A DNA stretch of 64,000 bases from Octopus vulgaris (taxonomy: Eukaryota). Of the stretch, positions 25,245-38,326 are shown piece by piece. The stretch spans positions 168,268,001 through 168,332,000 of the forward strand of contig OX597816.1 in NCBI GenBank assembly GCA_951406725.2. Reading direction: 5' to 3'. Every line of letters begins with the position of its first letter. Positions within the stretch are counted from its first letter, which is position 1. The translations under genes were made by a program, and so were the position numbers. The notes beneath the pieces are model-generated. The model was given only the letters and a program-made list of their open reading frames with translations, was not told where the DNA came from and made no database searches.

Positions 25245-25880
25245 ACAGCGATGTTGTATGAATTCAAAAGGAGCTCCTAGCTGATGGAAGTGGCATAAAA
25301 TATTTGTTCTGTTTATAGAAATGAAGCTTTAAGTATACAGACATGCCAACAATGGTTTGGCCAGTTTTGGAAAATCTTTCTTTCATAGACTCCCTTCAAC
25401 CTGGATGACCAAGTTCTGTCTATAATGAGCTTGTGAACCATGGGATGTAGCAAAACAGTTTAATTCAAGTCACACTTTGATTATAAAACACTTTCATGAA
25501 CTAGAGAAGGTCTAAACATGGTCAGCGTGTCTCACATCATTGGACTGCTTCTCAGCTTAACCAAAGTGTTGCCTCCTGTTCTTCATTCAAGAGAAGATTT
25601 GTTACTAAATCTTTCCTGTATTGAATCATCATAAGTGATAAAAAGTGGGTTTACTATAATGATATCCAAGGAAAATGACAATGTTTAGCACCCATGGAAA
25701 AAGAAGAAACTATTCCTAGACCAGGACTACACCCAAGAAAATGTTATACTCTGTGCTTGGTGGGATATGAAGGGCGTCATCTAACATGAAGTATTAAACC
25801 AAAATGTAACAATTAATGTGAAGAATATTCTTATCAATTTGAAGCATTGTACAAAAATTTGCAGGAAAAGTAACCATTTT
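25245..25880 (+). mobile_element. Mariner transposase relic
   Basis: Degenerate ICSVY..EALS..TCQQWF, SDKKWVYYN, PRPGLHP.K, LCAWWDMKGVI. Confidence 0.75.
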
Positions 25881-25937
25881 CTAGATGGTGTAATTTAATT
25901 ATTCATTTTGAATTGATAAAAGGTGTTTTTTTTTCTA

Positions 25938-25998
<61 letters not shown>

Positions 25999-26916
25999 AT
26001 TTGGAAGCCTCTTATTGTATATATATATATATATGTATATATATGTACATTTTATTTTCACTGCCTTTTCTTTAAGAGTACACATACTTTTCACCATAAG
26101 AGAAAGAAAGAAGCATGTATTTCAATGATCAAACGGACTATTGTGAAATATTGGTCTTGACATGAAATTGACATTTAGAAATAGCTAAACAAAGTCAGGC
26201 AGAGAACGATGGCATTTTCTTAAAGTGAAAGAGAAGATTTATTGGATGGCTGCTTCACATATGTTACTATATCTTTATGACAGTAGTTGTCATACAGATA
26301 ACAATTGTGGCAAGTGTCCCACATTGTACTTGTTTTCTAGACTCAAGCTACCACATCTACTTAACAATATTTGACTTTTGGGAAATAATGTTTCTCTTTA
26401 GTGTTGGCATGGTTCAGTTGAAAAGAAATAAATAAGATCATAGCACTAAATGGTTATTTGCCAAAACATATGTATTTATCATTAAACTTAGAATAACAAA
26501 AACAAACTTTAATCTCTCTTGAAAGAAAAACATAAAAAGGAAAAAAACAGTGCTGTGAAGGAAATTGGATGATGAATGAAAAGGAGAAATAAAAGAAGAA
26601 ACAATATAGGAAAATGGCAAGAAGATTTGTTTTAGCAAATAAATACAAATTAATATTTCAGAAATTCTAATGTTAATGATTACAATATTCAAAAATTATG
26701 ATAAAGTTGTAACAACAGTTAAAATAATTTTTTCACACTGAGAAGTGTAATATTACAAACTAATTAAAAAGAGGAATTACTTTTGAAAACAAATTGTAAA
26801 AATCTCTCTACCTTCATAAACAACCTTATTAATTAAGAAAAATCATATGGTATTTAGAAAACTGCATGTGTGTGTGTGTATTTAGATGTGAATATATATG
26901 TGTCTGTGTGTGTGTG

Positions 26917-26995
<79 letters not shown>

Positions 26996-26997
<2 letters not shown>

Positions 26998-27200
26998 ACA
27001 TAGGGACTAAAGTTTCATTCAAGAGAAATCTTCAGGAAGCTCGCATGGAAGCTTCCAGAGCTTCCTGAAGATTTCTCTTGAATGAAACAGTCGACTAGTC
27101 CTGTAGAAGCTCCTTCTATATAATAAATTAATTTTACTCAATGTATTGAGTCTTTACTTACTGTGGTTAACCCCGAATCAACCGGGACCTACATCTGGTA
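26996..27200 (+). mobile_element. Penelope-type pseudo-LTR fragment with an inverted arm, in (TA)n
   Basis: 31-bp perfect inverted repeat 27012-27042/27058-27088, hammerhead motif, TA-microsatellite flanks. Confidence 0.6.
27058..27112 (+). ncRNA. Type I hammerhead ribozyme (predicted)
   Basis: Stem I GAGCTTC/GAAGCTC, core CTGAAGA, weak stem II TTC-tctt-GAA, GAAA, stem III ACAG/CTGT, GTA cleavage after 27105. Confidence 0.65.
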
Positions 27201-27325
27201 TATGTATATATATATATATGCAACAGTACACCCCACCACCCTGCCCTGTCCCTAGCCATATTCAGATGGCTTTAGTCCCTTATGTTATCGAGCAGTTACT
27301 GTCTATATCCCTTTTATAGAATTAT

Positions 27326-27431
<106 letters not shown>

Positions 27432-27675
27432 CAAAATAATATATAAAACATATGCATATATATATATACATATATGTACGTACCTACATCTATATGTATA
27501 TATACATGCATATATGGATACAGGACACCAAAAAAAAAAACGTCGAATACAATGAGAAATGAAAACATAAACACAAAACTAAAGAAATTGACATTTTTCT
27601 TAAACAACGAAAAAAAAAGAGTACAAGACAAACAACACAAGGAATATTCCCCTTCTTCAGTCGCCTCTGTTTCAT

Positions 27676-27734
<59 letters not shown>

Positions 27735-27843
27735 GAGAGAGAGAGAGAGAGAGAGATATTGATAGATAGATAGAGATAGATCGATAGATAGATAAATAAA
27801 ACTTACTTGGAAGAGTATGCGTATTCAATCATATAATAAAATA

Positions 27844-27968
<125 letters not shown>

Positions 27969-28194
27969 TTGATAGATAGATAGAGAGATAGATCGATAGA
28001 TAGATAAATAAAACTTACTTGGAAGAGTATGCGTGGTATTCAATCATATAATAAAATAAATAAAATATATATATTTATATATATATATATATATATATAA
28101 ATATATATATATATATGTGCTTCTACTTGCCTAGAACCTGTCCTCTGAACCACCCCTCCCACTGGTGCTCCCCTATATTTCTGCACCCCCCCCC

Positions 28195-28438
28195 ATAAAA
28201 AGCACCATCCGAACGTGGCCGCTTGCCAGACCCCTCTGGCACCTGTGCAGGTGGCACGTAAAAAACACCCACTACACTCGCGGAGTGGTTGGCGTTAGGA
28301 AGGGCATCCACCTGTAGAAACACTGCCAGACTAGACTGGAGCCTGGGGCAGTCCCGAGCTCCCCAGACCCCGGTCGAAACCGTCCAACCCGTGCTAGCGC
28401 GGAAAACGGACGTTAAACGATGATGATGATGATGATGA
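28195..28438 (+). mobile_element. RTE 3' UTR fragment with (GAT)n tail
   Basis: Family of 56430-56943. Confidence 0.85.
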
Positions 28439-28798
28439 TACATATGTATATGAACATACTTACATCTATACATATATACATATGCATATGGGGGCACTGG
28501 ACATCACAAAACATGTACAACAAAAAAGTATGAAGCAGAGTACATGAAACATGAACTATTCTTTCAAACAACAAAAGGCACAAATGGAAAACAAAACAAA
28601 CAACATAAAGAACGACCCTTCATCAGTTGTTGGCAGTTTTTCTAGTCTCGTATTTCGAGCATTTAACAACAATATACACTTTCGATAAAACAGTTGTGGG
28701 AGCAACTGTTTTATTGAACCACATGAGCAAGGGAAGAGGAGCGAGGGAGACAGAGTGACAGAGAAATAAGATAGAATAGTAGGAGAACATTCCTCTTG

Positions 28799-29107
28799 TG
28801 GAGGCACATGGCCTAGTGGTTAGAGCAGCAGACTCATGGTCGAGGGATCGCGGGTTCGAATCTCAGACCGGGCAATGTGTGTGTTTATGAGTGAAACACA
28901 TAAGCTCTATGCGGCTCCAGCAGAAGGTAATGGTAAACTTCTGCTGACTCTTTCGCCACAACTTTCTCTCCCTCTTTCCTCCGGCATCTTGCAGCTCACC
29001 TGTGATGGACTGGCGTCTCGTCCAGGTGGGGAACCTCTACGCCAAGAAACCGGGAAACCAGCCCTTATGAGCCAGACATGGCTCGAAAAGGAACAAATAA
29101 ACAAAGA
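28799..29107 (+). mobile_element. tRNA-derived SINE family C
   Basis: Same head as the 23717 copy, with 13-bp TSD AACATTCCTCTTG. Confidence 0.85.
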
Positions 29108-30170
29108 AACATTCCTCTTGAAGTGTCACTCAAAACATTGCATAAAACCCATTGCCTCGTTGCTGTAATTTTGCTAAAGTATCCGCAATGTCTCTGTAGC
29201 AGACATTTATGAGTGAAACACATAAGCTCTATGCGGCTCCAGCAGAAGGTAATGGTAAACTTCTGCTGACTCTTTCGCCACAACTTTCTCTCCCTCTTTC
29301 CTCCGGCATCTTGCAGCTCACCTGTGATGGACTGGCGTCTCGTCCAGGTGGGGAACCTCTACGCCAAGAAACCGGGAAACCAGCCCTTATGAGCCAGACA
29401 TGGCTCGAAAAGGAACAAATAAACAAAGAAACATTCCTCTTGAAGTGTCACTCAAAACATTGCATAAAACCCATTGCCTCGTTGCTGTAATTTTGCTAAA
29501 GTATCCGCAATGTCACTGTAGCAGACATTTATGAGTGAAACACATAAGCTCTATGCGGCTCCAGCAGAAGGTAATGGTAAACTTCTGCTGACTCTTTCGC
29601 CACAACTTTCTCTCCCTCTTTCCTCCGGCATCTTGCAGCTCACCTGTGATGGACTGGCGTCTCGTCCAGGTGGGGAACCTCTACGCCAAGAAACCGGGAA
29701 ACCAGCCCTTATGAGCCAGACATGGCTCGAAAAGGAACAAATAAACAAAGAAACATTCCTCTTGAAGTGTCACTCAAAACATTGCATAAAACCCATTGCC
29801 TCGTTGCTGTAATTTTGCTAAAGTATCCGCAATGTCTCTGTAGCAGACATTTATGAGTGAAACACATAAGCTCTATGCGGCTCCAGCAGAAGGTAATGGT
29901 AAACTTCTGCTGACTCTTTCGCCACAACTTTCTCTCCCTCTTTCCTCCGGCATCTTGCAGCTCACCTGTGATGGACTGGCGTCTCGTCCAGGTGGGGAAC
30001 CTCTACGCCAAGAAACCGGGAAACCAGCCCTTATGAGCCAGACATGGCTCGAAAAGGAACAAATAAACAAAGAAACATTCCTCTTGAAGTGTCACTCAAA
30101 ACATTGCATAAAACCCATTGCCTCGTTGCTGTAATTTTGCTAAAGTATCCGCAATGTCACTGTAGCAGAC
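28884..30170. repeat. 322-bp tandem repeat, 4 near-identical copies
   Basis: Identical reading frames recur at 28887, 29209, 29531 and 29853. The unit is SINE body plus TSD plus 3' flank. Confidence 0.95.
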
Positions 30171-30472
30171 TTCCCAAGCTAAATAGAAAAAGTTGTTCCA
30201 ACTTCCTGTCCATGACAAAAATCACAGACTACAGCATACACGTGATCACAAAAACACAAATTTCACAACTTGCAAAGTAAACACAGAGATGCCACTTGAC
30301 ACACTGCCTCGTGAAGGGCACTGCTAGCTCTCACTGCACACGCAACTGTGTGCTGCCATCTGTTGGCATGCTACAGAACTAATCTGGGAACTTCTTGCAT
30401 GCATATGTAAGTGTGTGTGTGTAAGTATGTATGTATGTATGTGTATGCAGACATGTATGTGTCTATGCATGT

Positions 30473-30503
<31 letters not shown>

Positions 30504-30726
30504 TGTGTATTTAAATTTGTTTGTGATTATGAGTATTCAGCCAAGAAAGGCTCTGAAACAGTGCTTCATCAAGAAAAACAAATTTGATTTTCAAAATCTG
30601 CATCCCAAACAGTAGGTTGTCCATAAATAGTGTTATAAAAATTATAATTTTTAAGAGACATAACTTAACTTTTAGATCGACAACTCCCTCACTCTATCTT
30701 TCACCACCAATGTATCCCTTTATATA

Positions 30727-31450
30727 TAGTGTGGGTGAAAAGTAAGTAAGCATTAAGAATTGGTAATAAAATCCATATTCCTTTTACAAATTCATTGAAA
30801 CAAATGACACATGTTCTTTATTACATGGGAAAATGGAAGTAAATATTTATATTTCAATGTAAGCACCAGTGGCATCAATCAGTTTCCTCCAACGGCCAGG
30901 GATGGAATGAACAACCTTCTGAAGGATGTTGTCTGGGATATCATTGCAAATCTCCTAAATCTGTATCTCCAAGTCCTCCAGTGTGTGAGGTTTTGTCTTG
31001 TACACCTGCTCTTTTGTGTAACCCCACAGGCCAATTTTTATGTCAACCTAACATTAACTCTCTATATTCCATTCTGCAGTCACAATCTTCATGTAATGGG
31101 ATTTCCATGGACGAAAATTCAGTTCTTTATGCAACACTATACATATAGGCATAGGAGTGGCTGTGTGGTAAGTAGCTTGCTTACAAACCACATGGTTCTG
31201 GGTTCAGTTCCACTGCATGGCACCTTGGGCAAGTGTCTTCTACTATAGCCTCGGGCCAACCAAAGCCTTGTGAGTGGATTTGGTAGATAGAAACTGAAAG
31301 AAGCCCGTCGTATATATGTATATATATATATCATCATCATCATTTAACGTCCGCTTTCCATGCTAGCATGGGTTGGACGGTTCAACTGGGGTCTGGGAAG
31401 CCAGAAGGCTGCACCAGGCCCAGTCTGATCTGGAGTGTTTCTACAGCTGG

Positions 31451-31510
<60 letters not shown>

Positions 31511-32155
31511 GTGTGTGTGTGCATATGTTTGTGTGTCTGTGTTTGTCCTCCCAACATCGCTTGACAACCGATGCTGGTGTGTTTACATCCCCGTAACTTA
31601 GCAGTTCAGCAAAAGATACCGATAGAATAAGTACTAGGCTTATAAAGAATAAGTCCTGGGGTCGATTTGCTTGACTAAAGGCAGTGCTCCAGCATGGCCA
31701 CAGTCAAATGACTGAGTAAAAAGAGAGTAAAGAGTATTGTGCCTTGTTAGTCCACTTTCACAAGCTACTTGACATGGTGATTTTTTTTGGTCTGTGATCA
31801 AACAATTCTTACATTGTTGCCATGTTTTCCGATGATCAGGATGTGGTTGGACAGCCACTTCTTCCATCATTCACAGAGCCCGTGGTCATCAGCTTTGCAT
31901 GACAACTTTTTATTGTCTCCTGACGTAGTGTTGTATGTTTACATTTCCATGCTCACCGTCTCTGAACCAAAACAATGGTATTCCACACTTCATAGCATGC
32001 TGCTATCTTAGCTCGAACCTGAACAGTTAAGCAACCAGCCGTCTGGAAAATAAGAAATAAAAATTTTTTTTTAAATGCTTCCGCCATGACGTCAGTGATG
32101 CAAAAAATTTTATAAGCAATTTCTAATGCCTAGTTACTTTCCACCCACCTTGTAT
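30727..32155 (-). mobile_element. Tc1/mariner element (rosa/DD41D-like N-terminus), internally deleted and interrupted by a SINE
   Basis: Imperfect TIRs (gtgggtgaaaagtaagta / tagttactttccacccacc) at TA. N-terminal relic IAACYEVWNTIVLVQRR...KLMTTGSVND.RSG.P. Confidence 0.6.
31147..31735 (+). mobile_element. SINE family A with a nested RTE 3' end (31331-31450, minus strand) in its TA tract
   Basis: Family A head and tail, with an internal catcatcatttaacgtccg insertion. Confidence 0.85.
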
Positions 32156-33734
32156 ATCATACTTTTTGACACTCTCTTTAAATATGTATTAACTCTTACA
32201 CATTGCTTTCATTTTGCATAAAACCTCATTTTGTGATGTTTACTTTCATTTTATGACAATGACGCACAAATCCTGTTTACTGATATGATAAAACGATCAA
32301 ACTTTAAAACCTCTGTAACATTTTTCTAAAATTTTTCTGGAATAAATGAATCAAATTCAGATTCAGCATGAAAAAGTACACTGATATACCAAATTTGAAA
32401 ATTTTCATTTAATTTTAAAATTTCTAAATCTATGACATCAAGAGAAAAAATCTTTCTCTTTCTGTCACTTTCATATTTCGCTTTTCTCATGGTAAACTTT
32501 CCTGCTCTTAACACATTTTTACCATACTCTCTCTTACTCTCTATAAAAGTATGTCACTCATGCTGAGTGTGTGTATGATTCTTAGTGTATGTGTATGCAT
32601 GTGTGTAAGGAATTTCATTTGTGCAACAGTGTGATTTAAATAAGTATATAAATGATAATTTATTTTAATAGCATACTTTTCTGCAAGTAAATGTGTTTTT
32701 TCTTGCATATGCACACACATGGACCCACTTGATGCAGGATGGAGGTTTAAAAGTTGTAATTACAAATTGTTTGTTGTTGCTTACATATGAGCTGTGGACC
32801 ACCACCTCATCATTCCAGAAAATGTGTTTATGGGGAGAAAAATATTGAAAAACATCAATACATGTTAGAGCAACAAAGAAACCAGAAAGGTAATAGGAGG
32901 TTGTGGGATGTCCTAGAAACAACAGATAAATCTCCTTTAAATCATACACCTTTTTTTCCTGAAAGTTATTTGGAAATTATAAACAGAAACAAATTGCGGA
33001 TTCGAACTGTGTAACAATTAAAACTCCCAATAGGGGGAGGCACTTCGAAAGGTTACTCGTGGAAAAACCCATAAAAGCCACGGGAGCCTGATCAAAAAGG
33101 GGGGGAGGGGTAGAGAGCCCCTTTCTCCTTTTATATTTCCTTTTAATTTTCACAGGTGTATCCTCAGAATTGGTCCATTCATACTGGACATTCTTGCAAC
33201 ATTCACCCACCTTTCAATAAACTTGCTACCAGACATCACTTCTCTCTCTACTCTCATCTTCCTTTTCAAGTGAAACTTGAAAAAGTTGATAATCAAGCTT
33301 CAGTGTAAGATTTATACATGGTAATTAATTAGAAAAGCTTGAGAAACAGAATAAAGTTCGTCTGAAATTATAAAGAAGAATTCCTTTCATTTCTAGCATT
33401 TCATCAAAGGAAAACTTGATGTTGCTTGGCAAGAGGTGAAGATGCATGTTCTCTGGTGGCTCTCAAACCTCTGCAGTTATTATTGGCATGAATTTGATTT
33501 CATACTGGGAATAGGGCAGAAAATTCAAGGACATTGCATATAATGTCCATGATATAGCATGATGTTCCTGCAAGTTAATTGGTTACTAATCAGGACATGC
33601 TACATGATAAAAATGTGATCCATGCTTGACATGGACCAGGCAACTGAGAATTTTAGGTTTGATTCAAGATCTCACTACACCTTCAACAACGCAAAAAGAG
33701 AAATAGAAAGCACTGCACATATCATTCTTTCATT

Positions 33735-33956
33735 CTTTTCTTCTATTTGTTTCAGTCATTTGACTGTGGTCATGCTGGAGCACCGCCTTTAGTCGAGCAA
33801 ATCGACCCCAGGACATATTCTTTGTAAGCCTAGTACTTATTCTATCGGTCTCTCTTGCCGAACCGCTAAGTGACGAGGGACGTAAACACACCAGCATCGG
33901 TTGTCAAGCAATGTTTGGGGCACAAATACAGACACACACACATATACATACACACG

Positions 33957-33995
<39 letters not shown>

Positions 33996-34165
33996 GTATA
34001 CGACGGGCTTCTTTCAGTTTCCATCTACCAAATCCACTCACAAGGCTTTGGTCAGCCCGAGGCCATAGTAGAAGACACTTGCCCAAGGTGCCACGCAGTG
34101 GGACTGAACCCGGAACCATGTGGCTGGTAAGCAAGCTACTTACCATCACAGCCACTCCTACGCCT
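33735..34165 (-). mobile_element. SINE family A
   Basis: Reverse-complement copy. Confidence 0.85.
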
Positions 34166-35193
34166 ATTAAGCAAACATCATCACACCTCACACCTCACAC
34201 CTTAAAATAATCACAATACAACCAAACTTATGGTCAAAGACAAATTAAAAACTGCAGATCAGGAAAAACAATAACGAAACTGAAAATTGACAAATTACTG
34301 GTAGAAAGAAAACTATTTTAGTGAAAGTAAAAAGAAAGAAAAAAGTTTTAAAAAAAGTACCTATTCCTAATCTAGGCATGATATTTCAAATTATCAAAGA
34401 AAAAACATATGTTGTAACGGTTATATTATTGTAAAAGCATAAATTCACTCAAGTAATTTCAATATAGATATCAAGGAAAACAAATAAAAGAATTAACAGA
34501 TTAATTTTTTGTTTTCGGAGATGTGTAGGTGGAAGATTAAATCTGCATAATAGCTTAAGTAAATCCTATAACATCAACAATTTAAAACCTAAATTTAAGA
34601 AAAGCATAAATGGTGTTATATAACCACCCCCACAAGATCCAAGCCAGTGCAACTGACAAACTTTTCTGCTCTACTTGTGATTATCACTTAAAATTTATAA
34701 TTGAAACTACATGTGTGTGAATGAGGTCAGCCACATATGAGACAAACAAAACGAAAAAAAAAATGTACTTTTCATTTACTAAAAAACAAATTGGAATGAT
34801 CCCAGCAAGTAAAGTGACACTTGTCATACATGTTATTTTATATGATAAGACAAAGTTACCCTGAGTAGTAAAAGAGTAATCCCAGCACTACACTTGTCTG
34901 ATATTGAACTGGAAAAAACGTACTTAGTTGATTTGTAAACTGTGTACAACAAACCAGAATCACATTAGTCATTGACCATTAAATAATTATTGGAAGAAGA
35001 AAGCATATACAAATCAGGATCAATGATGGGAATAAGCAAAGAAATGGCATATACCTGCTTCAAGTTCCCAGGTATTTTGTATTATCAAAGTCTGATGGAG
35101 ACATTTACTATAGCAAACCTTAATCAGTTTTCTATGAATAGCAACAGTTAATTTGCAAAATTGAGTAGTCAGAGATTTGGAGACGTCCTAAAT

Positions 35194-35410
35194 TGTTTCT
35201 TTATTACCCACAAGGGGCTAAACATAGAGGGGACAAACAAGGACAGACAAACGGATTAAGTCAATTACATCAGCCCCAGTGCGTACCTGGTACTTAATTT
35301 ATCGACCCCGAAAGTCAACCTCGGCGGAATTTGAACTCAGAACGTAGCGGCAGATGAAATACCTCAAAGCATTTCGCCCGGCGTGCTAAGATTTCTGCCA
35401 GCTCACCGCC
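35194..35410 (-). mobile_element. SINE family B
   Basis: TSD TGGAGACGTCCTAAAT on both sides. Confidence 0.85.
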
Positions 35411-35459
35411 TGGAGACGTCCTAAATGAAGCATATGATGAGAAGGAGGAGAAGTTAAAG

Positions 35460-37060
35460 ACTTGTAGCATAGAGGATAAGCAGAAGTACCTATGGGATAA
35501 CTTGCTGAGTGTTGCAGACCAAATTTGTGTCAGGTGTAAAGTCCCAGCCAGACTGAGGGTGAAGTGGTGGTGGAACAAGGCAGTTGACAGGGCCATTAGA
35601 GCAAAGAAACTGGCTTGGAAGGACTGGGATGGTGGTGATACCACAGAGTTATATTAGGCAGCTCGAAGGGAAGCTAGGGAGCAGGTATACATAGCCAGGA
35701 GTGAAGCAGAAAGGAAGAAATTTGCCAGTGTCTTAAAGCAGGAGGACCAGAGGCTTGAAGTATTTTGGCTTGGAAGACAGAGTGCCAGGGGAAATTGTGA
35801 TGTTGTGGGAGAGAAGCATGTTCACATAGATGATAACTCACTTGCAGATAGTGACTCTGCAAAGAAAGAGGCTTGTGTCACTATGAAAGGCTCCTAAATG
35901 TAGAGAATGCATGGGTGAAGGAAAGTCTACCTCAAGTGGATCCAACAGATGGACCAGCAATCCAAATAGACAGAAGCAGGATAGATAAATCCATGAAGGA
36001 TATGAAGACGAGGAAAGCTTCTGGTTCACCAGGAATCACTGCTGAGATGCTTTAAAATATTTGGCAGTATGGGGTATGGTCTAGTTACCTGTATAGTAAA
36101 TCAGGTTGTACATGAGGGAGTCATACCCAATGACTGGTGTAGCAGCATCATATGTCCTCATAACCAAATCACTTCCAGAACTAGAGAAGAAGTTTCAGGT
36201 GTGGCAGCAGCAAGGTCTAGAATAAAAGAGCCTCAGAGTTAATCTAGCAAAAAACAAAGCCTTAGTAAGTAGGAAAGCTGACAAATCACAAATTCCCCTC
36301 AAGTAGGTGACCCTGCTTGATCTGGAGATGTATCTGATGTAAGTTATGGAAACATAAGAGGTGCAGCTATATCAGAGGAAGGTTAACAGGGAAAACAGTT
36401 TTTGTGTGTGGAAGGCGCACAGGTAGAATAAATGCCACAAATGTACAGAAAATAGACTCCATCAAATGCCAAGTGGGTAAGCTAGAGGTAATTAATAGTT
36501 TCCATTATCTACGTTATCAAGTCAGTTGTGGAGGTGGATGCTCTGAGAATGCAAGAATAAGAATAGGCTGGGCAAAGTTCAGAAAGCTCCTACCTCTGTT
36601 GATAATGAAGGGCCTCTCTTTCAGGGTAAAAGGCAGATCGTATGATGCCTGTGTGTGAACAGTTATATTACAGAGCAGTGAAACATGAGCTGTGACCACC
36701 GAGGATATGCGTAGGCTTGAAAGAAATGAAGCTAGTATGCTTTGCTGAATGTGCAATGTCAGTGTGCATGTTCGACAAAGTGCAGGTGTCTTGAAATAAA
36801 AGCCAGGCATAAGGAGCATCAGGTGGGGTTTGCAAGGGAGACGACCGTGTTGGTATGGTCGTGTGATGCATATGGACGAGGACATCTGTGTAAAGAAGTG
36901 CTGAACTCTAACTGTGGAGGGAACCTGTGGAAGACATGGGACAAGGTAGTGAAATGTGATCTTCGAATGTTGGGCCTCACAGAGGTGATGAAAATGACTG
37001 TGAGCTCTGGTGATATGCTGGGAATGAGAAGACCCATCAGGCCAGGTGAAATCCTAATAG
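35460..37060 (+). mobile_element. Old, internally deleted RTE LINE ORF relic
   Basis: KASGSPGITAEML, IPNDW and RIRIGWAKFRKLLPLL...GRSYDACV, with many stops. Homologous to 55270-56325. Confidence 0.85.
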
Positions 37061-37195
37061 TGTCCATGCTAGTGTTATGTCAGTGGCACCTGTGCATCAG
37101 AGTCGAGGTCATTGCCGGTGCCATGTAAATGACACCAGTGAATCATAGTCATGGTTGTTGATGGTCCCATGTAAATGGCACCTGTGAATCTTCGT

Positions 37196-37948
37196 GATTA
37201 AATTAAATTAATTATATATCACTGTTCTCCTCAGTGCAAGTAATATACAACAGGAATTATTATTATTACAGAAGCCTTGATGAAGGAGATAGTAGATAAC
37301 AAATTCGGATATAAGTATTCTATCCTTATGAAAAACTGCGAGCATACTAAAGAATGTTGTTGAGTCTAATTGTGTATAAACTAAAACTGAGGTAGCTAAC
37401 GGTTATTTGAAAATATGAATATAAGTACTAACAAAATTTCCATTATATATAGCTATTGAAATATTTCTAGCTCTTTTTCTCATTGCATTCTAGCAGCCTA
37501 CTAAATATTACTACATCCACTAACTTTAATTTCATTCACGCACAAAATAAATTTTTTTTAGATATACACCATACATAATATTACTTATAACAGTCAATTC
37601 ATATCCTAATTCAAAGATAACTATGCCTTTCCATTAGACACCTCTATTAAACTTTCTATGATAAATGACTTATTTAGAGTTTAAATTACTTATCTATTTA
37701 TTATAGTATCTTAAATATTTTTCACTTATATTTTCAAATAACCGTTAGCTGCCTCGGGTTTTAGTTTATACACAACTAGACTCAACAACATTCTTTAGTA
37801 TACTCGCAATTTTTCATAAGATTTAAATATTTATATCCGAATTTGTTATTTACTATCTCCTTCATCAAGGCTTCTGAAATAATAATAATTCCTGTTGTAT
37901 ATTACTTGCACTGAGGAAAACATGATATGTAATTAATTTAGTTTAATC
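37196..37948. repeat. About 220-bp inverted repeat (inverted pseudo-LTR of the adjacent PLE)
   Basis: Arms 37196-37416 and 37728-37948 are imperfect reverse complements. Confidence 0.9.
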
Positions 37949-38020
37949 AAATTAATTTTAATTATTCTACCATGTTATTTACATGTTAATATCACTGTTC
38001 GAAACGATCGTATGCATGTA
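37903..38020 (+). ncRNA. Type I hammerhead ribozyme with extended stem II (predicted)
   Basis: Stem I TACTTGCA/TGCATGTA, core CTGAGGA, stem II 37918-37928/37989-38000, GAAAC-GATC-GTA, cleavage after 38012. Confidence 0.7.
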
Positions 38021-38326
38021 TTAAAATTCTTTTAAATTTTAACATCTTCTTTTCTCCATTTTTTAGCATACTTGTTGAGTCTCTATGTGATACCTTTCCA
38101 TAAATTCTCATAACACACAATATACACGTAATAATTTCATATTCGCAAAAATCTTATGCCAGTAAGCTACCAGCAAAATATGAAGAATCTTTGTCAGAAA
38201 TCACCCTTTGGAACCCTCCAAAGTAAAGGACGAAATATAATCCAATCTCTCCATATATATATATTACTATTAACATTATTAATAAACCTTATATTAATAA
38301 GAAACCGATTTGTAATAAAAATAAAA

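Noticed and set aside
28615-28665. Permuted hammerhead (minus strand GAAA...CTGATGA; also near 40990-41030 and 27650)
   Set aside because: No stem I can be formed between the putative cleavage site and the core.
28884-30170. CRISPR array or tandem gene cluster
   Set aside because: The units are identical SINE-derived sequence with no unique spacers, in a eukaryotic context.
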